DNA of 64,000 nt, from NCBI RefSeq assembly GCF_006345805.1, contig NC_043016.1, forward strand, positions 26,598,001 through 26,662,000, given 5' to 3'. The translations under genes and the position numbers were made by a program. The stretch is from Octopus sinensis. Lineage: Eukaryota. Position 1 is the stretch's first letter, and every line of letters starts with the position of its first letter. Below the pieces are notes generated by a model. The model was not told the DNA's origin. It did not search any database and worked only from the letters and a program-made list of their open reading frames with translations. Below are positions 23,455-35,189 of the stretch, piece by piece.

Positions 23455-23600
23455 CATCACTGTGTGGTAAATAGTTTGCTTCACAACAACATGTTTCCGG
23501 GTTCAATCCTACTACACAGCACCTTGAGCAAAGTGTCTTCTACTATAGCCTCAGACCAACCTAAGCCTTTGGAAGGAGCCTATAGTATGTGTGTGTGTGT
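23455..23600 (+). mobile_element. SINE family A, 5' part
   Basis: tgtgtggtaaatagtttgcttcac...gcaccttgagcaaagtgtcttctactatagcc. Confidence 0.7.
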
Positions 23601-24654
23601 TACTATTTCTTTGTGTTGACATCACATGGATGTACTTAGAATGATGCAACTGAATATGGCAAGACATTTCATCTCATGCTTTAATGATTCAGCTGCTCCT
23701 AGCTTAGCATGATATTATATAGTATGGAATGAAGGGCAAATAGCACTTACTTAAAAACTCTTGGTGGGTGGCTGGTGGTGGTGATGAAATACAAGGCAGA
23801 CACTTGAAGGATTTGAACACAGTAACACAGAAAATCATACAAAACATGGCAATGCATTCATTCTGATATTGTACCATTTTTGCAATTCCCTTTCTTTTTC
23901 TTTTTTTTTTTCATATGTACATATTTGTGTGGCACATATAAGCAGATGAGAAGAAAATGTCAGGGCTTAAAAGATTATTTGCAAAATCTTAAATCTGACA
24001 TTTACTATAAGTGAATATGTCAGCAAAGACATTGACAATGATGATGACAATGACGATGGGATTATGATAACGATGGCAATGTTGATGATAATAACAACAG
24101 TCTATTTCGATGATGGAAAGAACCACCAACAAAAGCTTTGAAATCTACAGACAAATTTACTTATGTCCATCGTCTGTTGTTCAGAGTGTAGTAAAATGCA
24201 TCCAAAATATTTTAATGTTCAAAAGAATTACAAATGTCACGACAAAAGTTGCATTAGAAATAGATTATGGCTTATGGAGCATCTATATGAATAATTGAAA
24301 ATGTCATTAATAATAAGAAATGCAACAGATTAAGTATAGCAACAAGAATTATGGTAATAATGGTAATGCATCAAAGACACAAGCAAATACAGTATACATT
24401 TCATCATACCACCAAAAAAAATAATAAATATTATAAACATCAACCTTATATGAAAGAAAATAAAAGTGATGAACTGTCTTGAATATATGTAAACAAATAC
24501 ACACACATATATCACATGTGTGAGTGTTATATATGATGGGACTTTCCCATTGGAGACAACGAGTGTTCGGCTTTTTGTCAAATGACCTGCACAAATGATT
24601 TGTTCACAGTGATCAAAATGTTCATTCCACACATTAGCTCACCCTCTCCATCAA

Positions 24655-24835
24655 ATTGATGTTATCTGAACAGGTGCACAGTATACCACACATCAGGTGC
24701 CAAAGTGATTGCAGAGCAACATGGAATGAGATGTTTTTGCTCAAGAAAACAATGCACCACCCATTCTAGGAATTGAAACTATGACCTAGTGACTGCGAGT
24801 GCAACACCCTAACCACTAAACCATGCGCCCTCACT
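24655..24835 (-). mobile_element. tRNA-derived SINE head, third family
   Basis: Reverse strand gcgcatggtttagtggttagggtgttgcactc...ttcaattcc...tcttgagcaa; similar head at 34200 (+). Confidence 0.6.
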
Positions 24836-25505
24836 TAGTGTTTTATATATATATAAAAATAAGGATAATATCATTATTTAAATATCATCTTATCAAGTGG
24901 CCAGCTTGAGAATAAAAACTTTCAAAGTAATAATTATTATTAAAATTATAATTTAGGGTATCTAAGAGATACCATCATGCTGGAAATAGCAGCCAAAACT
25001 TGACTCTAAAACGACATTAAATGTTCATACAGCACCAAGAGAGAAGACAAAAAGACAAAATAAACTAGCAAAAAATTACTGGATAATTCCAGATCTCAGA
25101 TTTCTGGCTCTGCATAAGAAATGCTTTGCCTCATCAGTGGAATATACACATATTTATATATCGGTTCATAGCCACTTATCTTTCCCCTAAAAATCTCATT
25201 TTCTCAGATTTTTCAAACCTACTTTCTTGCTCACACGATTAACAGAACCTCTTCCTAGTTTATGGTGCACCCGCCCTCCCACCCCCTCCACACATGCAGG
25301 AGTTCCTATTCTTTGCCATCCCGGGGTTGCTTCCCATGAAGACTGCAAATTGCTCTTTCACCATCCCTACCCCTAGTCTCGACCTATGTAAGGTAATGTT
25401 CATACAGTGCAAAATATGAAAGGTTAGTGTTATGCAGGTTGTACTGAAGGCTACTGTATTACTTGCACAAGAATTCTGCCAAATGTGAGCTTTCTTTTCA
25501 GGTAC

Positions 25506-26020
25506 ATGAAGCTACTGTCCGCCGTCCCAGGCCTCTAGGGCCCATACCTCCCACACCCTCAACGTTGGCACACTGAAAGGTAGGTCTGGCGAGATAGTCG
25601 AGACGCTTGAACGGAGATGTGTGGATATATGTTGCATGCAAGAAGTAAGGTGGAGAGGAGGATCTGCTAGGTTCCTCATAGGCAAGGAACGCAGGTACAA
25701 GATTTTCTGGGCAGGGAACACTGACGGGGTTGGTGGCGTGGGTATACTTATCGCTGAGAAATGGGTAGATAAAGTAATTGAGGTAATCAGAGTATGTGAC
25801 AGAATACTTAAGATTAGATTAGTGCTTTATCATAGTTTAGCAACCATTATATCGGCCTATGCTCCTAAGTCAGGTCTACCCGATGGACAGAAAGACCGAT
25901 TCTATGACACTCTACTGCAGACTACCTCGTTGACGAATGACAGAGACCTCTTTGTGGCTGATGACTTCAATGGTCACGTTGGACAACATGCTGGGGGCTT
26001 CCATGGCGTACATGGAGGCT
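25506..26020 (+). mobile_element. RTE LINE 5' fragment (APE endonuclease N-terminus)
   Basis: TLNVGTLKGRSGEIVETLERR..DICCMQEVRWRG...GVGIL...IISAYAP...DDFNGHVG; truncated by a SINE B fragment. Confidence 0.9.
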
Positions 26021-26029
26021 TTGCTTTCA

Positions 26030-26160
26030 TACTTTCGGGGTTGATTAAATAAGTACCAATTACGCACCGGGGTCGATGTAATCGACTTAATCCGTTTGTC
26101 TGTCCTTGTTTGTCCCCTCTGTGTAGCCTCTTGTGGGCAGTAAAGAAATAAGAAAGTGAA
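26030..26160 (+). mobile_element. SINE family B, 3' part
   Basis: ttcatactttcggggttgattaaataagtacc...gggcagtaaagaaataag. Confidence 0.75.
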
Positions 26161-26529
26161 AGAAGTCAGTTGTGTATATATGTATATATGTGAGAACAAG
26201 TGTATGCTTGTCTCCCTGTCTTGACATCACATCTTAGCTATAACTGAGAGTTACTGTCATACAGGCAGCATCATTCTTTTCTAATACTCTGCATGAATGT
26301 GTCAGGCCCTGAGTAAATATTACTTTGCGTGGATACAAGTGGGTTAGCAGCAGAAAGGGCATTCATTCAATCTGGCCACAGAAAATCTGCCTCAATAAAC
26401 TCTAACACACACAATTGTAGAAATATGGACAATGATAATGATGCTACATTTGAACATGGAAAATATAAACAATTGTATGCTTGTGTATATCAGTGTTTGT
26501 GTGTTTGGAAATTTTATCAAAGATCATAA

Positions 26530-26739
26530 CCCTTTTGTTACTATATTTATTCTGAGATGCTCTGTATTTCTTTAAATATAACGAAGAATTTAGTAAAATA
26601 ACTTAGTTGTCATTAAGCTAGTGTTAGGAGCATAAATTATGACCAGGGTTTGGTGGAAGATTTTAATTCAAAAATTATGAAAACAAGACATTTGTACTCA
26701 GAGCCAGAGCCAGTTTCAGCCGGGTTGGTAACAAATGGG
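26530..26739. mobile_element. piggyBac-like TTAA MITE (related copies at about 41985-42190 and 44750-44990)
   Basis: cccttttgttac / gtaacaaatggg ends, ataa/ttaa flanks. Confidence 0.6.
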
Positions 26740-27326
26740 TTAATGGCGAGTGGATTTTAAAACCAAGACAATTTTTTACTTTCTCCATTTGCAAGTAAGT
26801 GAATAAATGAGCGAATAACTTATGCATTGAACAAATCTTTTTTAAATGATGTTTAAAACAACTATCATTTTCATGTCCAACTCCACTAAGTTTCTAAATG
26901 GCTTCATTTCTATATTCTTATAAATACAGAGGAGCTCTGAATTTTTACTCCTATCCAACACATATCACAGCAGTAGAAATAGGGAGGCACTGATACTATA
27001 AAGAGAGCTACAGATAATAAGAAAAAATAAAATATGATTTACATGTAATAGCAAACATGTCATCACTCTTTTATTGTTTTGGGAAAGTTCTATTGGGGTT
27101 TGGATTGCTTTAAGTTCAGGATGACCTTAAATTATGACAATGCACCAAGGGAGTGGGCTGCAGGATGTATGAGTGAGGCGGGGGGGGGGGTAGAAGCAAT
27201 ATATGTGTGTGACTGTTTTTTTTCTTTCTTTTTTTGTTACCACTTTCTAATATTTCCTGTTTAAGTCAGAGAAAGAGAAAAAGGAGAAAAGGAAAGAGTA
27301 CAACATAGAAATCCTGTATCCTAACA

Positions 27327-27542
27327 TCAGTTTCAGATGTTGGCACTAGCTCAGCAACTTTGGGGTTAATGGGTAAGTCAATTACATTGATCCCAGGACT
27401 CAACTGGTACTGATTTTACTGACCCCAAAAGAATGAAAGGTTAAGTTGGTGTAGGTTGAATTTGAACTCAAAACATAAGGATGGACAAAATGTCGCTAAG
27501 CATTTTGCCTGGCATGCAAATGATTCTGCCAACTTGCTATCT
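27327..27542 (-). mobile_element. SINE family B with 15-bp TSD
   Basis: TSD tcctgtatcctaaca at 27312-27326 and 27543-27557. Confidence 0.85.
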
Positions 27543-27589
27543 TCCTGTATCCTAACAAATTAGTTATAGTAAATAAATATATATGTATG

Positions 27590-27990
<401 letters not shown>

Positions 27991-28145
27991 ATGAAGTGTC
28001 ACCGGTTGTGCCACATGGCACCAAGATCAGGAGATGTGGCAGCAACTAGCGTAGTTTGCAGACACCACTGTTCCGCTGCCAGACACTTGGACAACAAATG
28101 TCATAACATGCATATAAATACACAACCATACCTTCCAAACATCAG

Positions 28146-28421
28146 ATCAGCTGTTCAAGTGCTTCTATGATTTCTTCAAGAATTACCGACAAGAGCGTCA
28201 GCATCTATAACCATTCTTTAGGAAAACAATCTGGAAGTGTGTGCCAATCTGACGAACAACTCAATATTGTACTGAGTCCATTTGAAAAACAGATTTTTGA
28301 ACTGCACCGACAAGAACATGAACAAAGAATGGCAATGGAAGAAGAGCGACATCAAATGAAAATGGATCTCATGCGATTGAAGAAAAAGGATTTAGAGAGT
28401 AAACTAAAACTAAAGAATTAA
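28146..28421 (+). CDS. Candidate terminal coding exon ending in a coiled coil
   Basis: Non-repetitive open frame 28107-28421 ending LHRQEHEQRMAMEEERHQMKMDLMRLKKKDLESKLKLKN*. Possible acceptor cag at 28143-28145; no upstream exon found. Confidence 0.4.
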   Translation: MSCSSASMISSRITDKSVSIYNHSLGKQSGSVCQSDEQLNIVLSPFEKQIFELHRQEHEQRMAMEEERHQMKMDLMRLKKKDLESKLKLKN

Positions 28422-28689
28422 TCTATGCAATTCTGTTGTAGAACTACAGCAAAGGGGCTTGAAGAAGAATTTACTGGCATGTTTTTTAATTAAGTACCTG
28501 TCTGTGTGTATGTGTGTGTGCTTACTTGTGGATGTTAGTCTGTGTGTGTTTATATGTTTATAATATTTAGTATGTGTGAATTGTTTCTGTTTGTTAATGT
28601 TTTACTAATCTGGTATTAACTAATTACAGTATTCTCTCCACTCATTAATACTAATTTCTTTTCATCAACTCACATCACTAATATGAAAA

Positions 28690-29056
28690 AAGTACCATCC
28701 GAACGTGGCCGTTGCCAGTGCCACCTTGGCTGGCTTCCGTGCCGCTGGCATGTTAAAAGCTCCAACCGATCGTGGCCGATGTCGGACCCCTCCTGGCACC
28801 TGTGCAGGTGGCACGTAAAAAGCACCCACTACACTCGCGGAGTGGTTGGCGTTAGGAAGGGCATCCAGCCGTAGAAACTCTGCCAGATCAGACTGGAGCC
28901 TGGAGCAGCCCCTGGCTTCCCAGACCCTGGCTTCCCAGACCCTGGCTTCCCAGACCCTGGCTTCCCAGACCCTGGCTTCCCAGACCCTGGTCGAACCGTC
29001 CAACCTGTGCTAGCGCGGAAAACGGACGTTAAACGATGATGATGATGATGATGATA
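28690..29056 (+). mobile_element. RTE 3' end with (GAT)n tail and an internal 15-bp tandem array
   Basis: ggcgttaggaagggcatccagccgtagaaac...aaacgatgatgat; (ccctggcttcccaga)x5 at 28910-28984. Confidence 0.9.
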
Positions 29057-29512
29057 TGAATATGTATGTATGTATATATATATATGAACATGTATATATA
29101 TATATATACATACACACACACATATATATATATATATACATTAAAAATAAGCTTGAGTCTTGCTTGCTTGCAATGTTACCCAGCCAAACTGGAACATGAT
29201 GGGAAAATACTATGAATTAACTTTACCTTGAAATGTAAATACGAACGGAGTGAAACAAGTTTTGCATAAATAGTGATTGAGTCATTTGGGGTTTGGGAGT
29301 ATAAATAACAGAAACGGAAAATGTTCCAAACTTAACTTCAACCTGTAAGGGAAGAAACTCAAAACCTTTCTATGTCACATTCGTTGAAAGGATGCAAAAT
29401 AACCTGTAGAAAAAAAACCCTAGGAAACAAAACTCTGTTGTTGGGGAAATTCATTGTTTACCAGTGACCCAATGTGTCACAGGTAGTCTAGTCTATAATT
29501 ATGTATATATAA

Positions 29513-30069
29513 GTATAAGGACTTGCTGAAGGCTTCCTTGAGAGATGCTTGCATCTCTCCTGACATGGGAAGGCATAGCTATTGATCGTAGCAGTTGGAG
29601 AAGGATTGTGCATGAGGGGTCAGCTACTTTTGAGAAATCTCGAGTTGGACGTGAGAAAGTAAGGAGGGATGTCAGGAAGGGCATTGCTGTTACACTTCCA
29701 GAAGGGAAGGGTCTTCCTCTGATGCTGACATGCAATGTCTGTGCAAGACCCTGCCTCAGTAAAGCTGGACTCAAGAGTCATCTTCGTAGTCATAAAACGA
29801 GACAAATGAGTGACAACCTGGCCACTGGTGGTGGTGTTACACACCATACTAACCATATCTGTCAGGCATGTGGAAGAGAATGTAATTCGGCAGGAGGACT
29901 TAAGCGACATGCAAAGGTACATCCGGCTATTACCGGTAAAGGTTTTAGTTGCCAATTTTGTACAAGACATTGTAGATCTTTAGCTGGGTTAAAAAGTCAC
30001 ATTCAATCACAGCACCATTAACAGTTAAGCTTCGTGCAATGGCCATACTTGATAACGAGGGGGCAGCCA
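29513..30069 (+). mobile_element. 5'-truncated BovB-like RTE LINE encoding three C-terminal C2H2 zinc fingers
   Basis: YKDLLKASL (shifted frame), then WEGIAIDRSSWRRIVHEGSATFE, then CNVC..SHLRSH, CQAC..RHAKVH and CQFC..SHIQSQH; 3' tail followed by (AT)n. Confidence 0.85.
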
Positions 30070-30520
30070 TAGTATATTTATATATATATATGTTTGTATA
30101 TCATATATATACATGTATATTATATATGTATGTATATTATATATATATATTATATGTATATTATTTATATGTATATATATATTATATGTATATTATTTAT
30201 ATGTATATATATATATATGTGTGTGTGTGTTTGTATATCATATATATACATGTATGTATATATTTATGTACATTATATATATATGTGTGTGTGTGTGTGT
30301 GTATGCATATTTTATTTTATCTAGTTTCAGCTCACGAGCTATGGCCATGCTGGAGCACCGCTATTATATTATATGTATATTTATGTATATTATATATACA
30401 TATACACACACACACACATATATATATATATATGTGTGTGTGTGTATGTATTATATTTGTATGTATGTGTATATGTATATATGTATAGGTATGCATAAGT
30501 GTGTTTGTGTGTATGTATGT
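30070..30520. repeat. Compound (AT)/(GT) microsatellite with a short SINE A tail at about 30310-30362
   Basis: Direct reading. Confidence 0.9.
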
Positions 30521-30537
30521 AAGTAAATACATTTGTA

Positions 30538-30690
30538 TAATCATCATTTAACATCTGTTCTCTATGCTGGCATAGGCTGAACAGTTTGACAGGAGCCTGT
30601 AAGATCAGGAGCTACACCAGGCATCCCCTTCCTAATCCCAATCAAGTTACATAGAGTACTGAATGCTTTTTGATGTGGCACAAGCAGCAA
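30538..30690 (-). mobile_element. Decayed RTE 3' tail
   Basis: catcatttaacatctgttctctatgctggcatagg. Confidence 0.65.
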
Positions 30691-31101
30691 TTCTTTATTA
30701 CACGATGTATGTATGTATATATGTTTGTGTGTGTGTGTATTTATCATCAGCACAATTAGTTTTCTAATTTGTATATAAATTAATTAGAAAAGTAAATAAT
30801 TAATAGAATCCCCAATACCAGGGTAGTTCGTTTAGAGTAATTAGGAGTAAACTCCATACAAAATATCCTAGATTTCATTGTCATGTTTGAAGCATGAGAA
30901 GTGCAATTTTCTAGTTTCTATCCACGTGCTTAGTAAAGCAGAGTTGATCCATTCAGTCTCACCAGTCTTGCTGCTGTCAATCACCTTTTGATAAATATAG
31001 TGAAAGGCAGCACCTCTTTTTCTATCTTCACCTTCCTCTTCAAATGATATTTGAAGAAACTGAATTAGAGCTAACCCTGATAGGAAAGTACCTCTCTTTA
31101 A

Positions 31102-31324
31102 CCCTTTAGTGTTCACATTATTCTGCCAAAATTAATGCTTTTTTTTATCCACATTGTTTTGAACTAATCATGCATTATCTTGTAGCTATGAGATTTTGAT
31201 GAGGTAGCTGTTAATTTTTAAAACGATATTGTAGGGTTGGTGTGAGAGACCAGATATGGCCAGTTTGAACATAAAACAGGCAGAATACTTTTGGCCAGAT
31301 ATGGCCGGTTGAAATGCTAAAGGG
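31102..31324. mobile_element. piggyBac-like MITE
   Basis: TTAA|ccctttag ... ctaaaggg|TTAA (TTAA at 31098-31101 and 31325-31328). Confidence 0.85.
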
Positions 31325-31813
31325 TTAAACGTTTCAGACAGGTCCAGTACACAGCCTCTTTTGCCACAGTCATTAAACATAAATAACTGCCAGTCTTCTC
31401 TGTTAAAGGAAGGTGGTGAATTCATTTTCACTATACACTCAGTGTATATTATGAAACAGCAGCTGTTCAACAAAAAAGGCCCACAAGTTGCTAATGCATA
31501 GATACTGAATAATTGCACGTAGGACAGTTTCATACCTCTGCACGCATCTCAGTTAGGTTCAGCTGTTGGCACTTACATTCCTGAAGAGCTTGTCTGGAAA
31601 ACACAATGACCACCCTCCTCCTCCTGCAACACTGCCATGCTAAAGACTTTTGGAAATTGTCCATAGTCTAATAATAATAATAATAATAAATGCCCTGATG
31701 CAGTACCAGGCAGTGGAAAGCACGTTATAAAAATAAAACTACTGAATAATAATAATAATAAATGCCCTGATGCAGTACCAGGCAGTGGAAAGCACATTAT
31801 AAAAATAAAACTA

Positions 31814-31886
<73 letters not shown>

Positions 31887-31896
31887 GTAATAATAA

Positions 31897-31935
<39 letters not shown>

Positions 31936-31949
31936 AAGTAGGAGGAGGC

Positions 31950-32485
31950 TTCTGATCTTAACTGATTGGAAGTGTTAAAGTGTTATCATGTACATTTTTT
32001 TGTCTTGGTATAAAAGATGGGCTACAGCAAATATTCTGCTTAATACCACAGATTTGCTTGTCAGTTGTTTGACCGTAACCAGTTGAGCATGTCCCTTAGC
32101 AGCTGATGATATGTGCATCTCTGATCATGAGCAGAAGTAGTGGGGGAGTATCATAGCCATGTGTTGAGAGGGACTCTTGGGGTTTGAATAATTCACTTCT
32201 GGAAACATGGGTATTTCATTCAACATCCTTAAACAACCCTTATTCAGGGACCTTTTGAGCGGGATGGGTTACTTGACCACAATAAAATTCCTACAGGGCC
32301 CCACCTGCAAGGTCATGTGCTGTTTATCTTGATATGAGATCACGATGTCACGCACATATGGTTGTGATGCATGTGCCTGGTGTACCCTTATCAGACGGGT
32401 AGTCATGATGGGTATATTGGGCTTCGTATATTTTACCCCAGTGTCACTTTAATGGCATGCACTGCTCTCTCACTCAAGAATAATA
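31950..32485 (+). mobile_element. 3' region of a non-LTR retroelement with an (AAT)n tail
   Basis: Ends ...cactttaatggcatgcactgctctctcactcaagaataataat; the same tail occurs at about 34315-34420. Confidence 0.5.
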
Positions 32486-32489
32486 ATTG

Positions 32490-32685
32490 TTTCAAATTTT
32501 GCCATAAGGGCAGCAATTTTGGAGGAGGGGATCAGTTGATTACATTCAACTGTTATTTTATTAACCCTGAAAGGATGAAAGGCAAAGTTAACCTCAGCAG
32601 AATTTGAGCTCAGAACATAGTAATGGGTGGAATACAGCTAAGCATTTCATCCAGCATGCTAATGATGCTGCCAGCTCACTGCCTT
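32490..32685 (-). mobile_element. SINE family B (decayed)
   Basis: ccctgaaaggatgaaaggcaaagttaacctcagc. Confidence 0.75.
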
Positions 32686-32959
32686 AATAATAATAACTAA
32701 CTGGACCTGTGAAAAGTTTAAGGAAAACAAAAAATTTAACCATCTGTAAATTGTGTGCTGGTGCCATGAGAAATGTTTCTATATTGTGACAGTTACAGAA
32801 TATAGAAAGACGTGTAAAACCAATAACTATATAATACAACCAAAATATCTCAGTTACGCAAACATAAACTGAATTACTATTTAGCTTTAAAATACATCGT
32901 ACATATTCAAAGAACTTTCTTGGTTTAGTGGTACGGAACGTTCTTCTGGTATTCTTTTA

Positions 32960-33182
32960 TTCTCTTACTTGCTTGTCATTTGACAGTGACCATGCTGGGG
33001 CACTGCCCTTTAGTGGAAGAAATCGACCCCTGAACTTATTCCCTGTAAGCCTGGTGCTTATTCTATCAGTCTCTTCTGCTGAACAGCTAGCTTAAGGGGA
33101 TGCAAGCACACCAACATTGGTTATCAAATAATGGGGGGGGGGGGCAAACACAGACACAATACACACATAAATATATATATAT

Positions 33183-33219
<37 letters not shown>

Positions 33220-33270
33220 GACAGGCTTCTTTCAGTTTCTGTCTACTAAATTCACTCAGGAGACTTTGGT
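32960..33270 (-). mobile_element. SINE family A, head-truncated, inverted relative to its neighbour
   Basis: Reverse complement of the 3' half and internal (AT)n. Confidence 0.8.
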
Positions 33271-33276
33271 TGGCAC

Positions 33277-33672
33277 AGGAGTGGCTGTGTGGTAAGTAGC
33301 TTGCTAACCAACCACATGCTTCCGGGTTCAGTCCCACTGCGTGGCACCTTGGGCAAGTGTCTTCTGCTATAGCCCCGGGCCGCCCAATGCTTTGTGAGTG
33401 GATTTGGTAGACGGAAACTGAAAGAAGCCCGTCGTATATATGTATATATATATGTGTGTGCGTGTATGTTTGTGTGTCTGTGTTTGTCCCCCTAGCATTG
33501 CTTGACAACCGATGCTGGTGTGTTTACGTCCCCGTTACTTAGCAGTTCGGCAAAAGAGACCGATAGAATAAGTACTGTGCTTACAAAAGAATAAGTCCTG
33601 GGGTCGAGTTGCTCGATTAAAGGCGGTGCTCCAGCATGGCCGCAGTCAAATGACTGAAACAAGTAAAAGAGA
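33277..33672 (+). mobile_element. SINE family A, near consensus
   Basis: Complete head, internal microsatellite and tail. Confidence 0.9.
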
Positions 33673-34197
33673 GAGTAAGGCTTATGGTAAACACTCTTTA
33701 AAGTATAGAGTTGAATTTTGTGTAGCCACCTGTTGGCAACTTTTCTCCCCCACCCATTTTGTAGTGGGTATTACTTATTTTACTGGGCTCTTTTCATGGT
33801 TATACTCTGTTTGAAATTTGCAGTAGTTTTTGTTTGAAAAAAAAAAAAAGGCAGGGAGTGGAACTTGTGTGTAGTCTGTAGAGAAAACATTAAAAGTGCC
33901 TGAAAAATAAACCTGGTCTTTCCCCACAACTAAAAGACAGGAAGAACTATGAATGAAAGAAGAGGAAAAAAGAGAGCACTAACAATCGATCATCCTAGAA
34001 TTCCCTGAATAAAAAATGTAAACACCTGAAAGACTTTCCCTCTATTCATTACTAAATGTCTTTCCCACTTCTTCATTGTTAAAAGTAAAGAAGCTAGAAA
34101 AGATCCATCATATTTCAGTCTAATTGTCATTGTAAATGACTATGTTTTTTTTTTTTTTTCTGTCTCTATCCCTTCACTCCTTTTCTTGATGGTTAAG

Positions 34198-34420
34198 AGA
34201 GTGAAGGTGCATGGCTCAGTGGTTAGGCGTATTCAGCCCAGGAGTACAATTCCCTGCAGCAGGCTGTCTCTTTGAATAAGGTACTCTACTTCACCTTGCT
34301 GCAGTTCACTCAGCCGGGTAGTCATGATGAGTATAATTGGGCTTGGTATATTTGTACACCAGTGTCACTTTGATGGCATGCATTGTTCTCTCACTCAATA
34401 ATAATAATAATAATAATATC
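34198..34420 (+). mobile_element. tRNA-derived SINE with a LINE-shared (AAT)n tail
   Basis: Head ggtgcatggctcagtggttagg; the 3' part matches 32395-32480. Confidence 0.6.
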
Positions 34421-35189
34421 AACAACAGCAATAAATAGATAATTAAAACAAGCTTTTGACATGGTGCTCAAATGTTAACAATTTTTATCATTACTGGTGC
34501 TGCTTATTATTATTATTTTTTTTTCCATAACTTACATATTCTTTTTACACCAGGTTTCTGTTATAAAAACATCTCATCTTTTTCTCTACATTTCACTTTC
34601 TTTCACTTATTCCACATCTCCCTATTTTCTTCCATATCATGTTCTTTCTTCTTTTTATTAACTCATCCTCTCTGTCTCACTCTTCCTCCCCCCTACATGA
34701 CCCCCCACCATATATTTCTTCCTGTTTTGTCTTCCTCCCCACTCTTTCTCTCCCCATCTTCCTTGCTGCTTCAATCTCTTTATCTTTGCTTTCTTTCTAC
34801 CCCCATATTCCTTCTTAGGGGTTCTCTTTTGTTGTAAAATGCATGAAGAACAGAGAAACCAAAATGATGATCACTGTGAGGGTCAGTTGTAGGTCAGGCA
34901 GGGAGGCTGGGGCTATTGTGTCAGTCTGTGATAATTTGATGGATAGTTTTGGAGTGTTTGATGAGTGGAGGCAACAGCAGGCAGCAGTAGCAGGCCAATA
35001 AAACTAGAAACATTGAAAACAGTGAAAGACTCTGACCCAGATAATTCATAAACTGAGGACCAAGTAGGTCTCTGATTGGTGGAAACCAACCAAAATATTA
35101 ATCAAACTCCCATCACATGACCTGCAAAGTTTAAAGTGAGTATTTTGAAAAGAATACAAAGATGGAGAAGAGAAGCTGATAATGAGAAT

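Noticed and set aside
23943-24330. Asp/Asn-rich and Cys-containing coding-like stretch
   Set aside because: Frames break repeatedly; consistent with decayed (GAT)n sequence.
33277-33345. tRNA gene-like sequences (A/B-box heads)
   Set aside because: They continue into SINE bodies and lack a complete cloverleaf.
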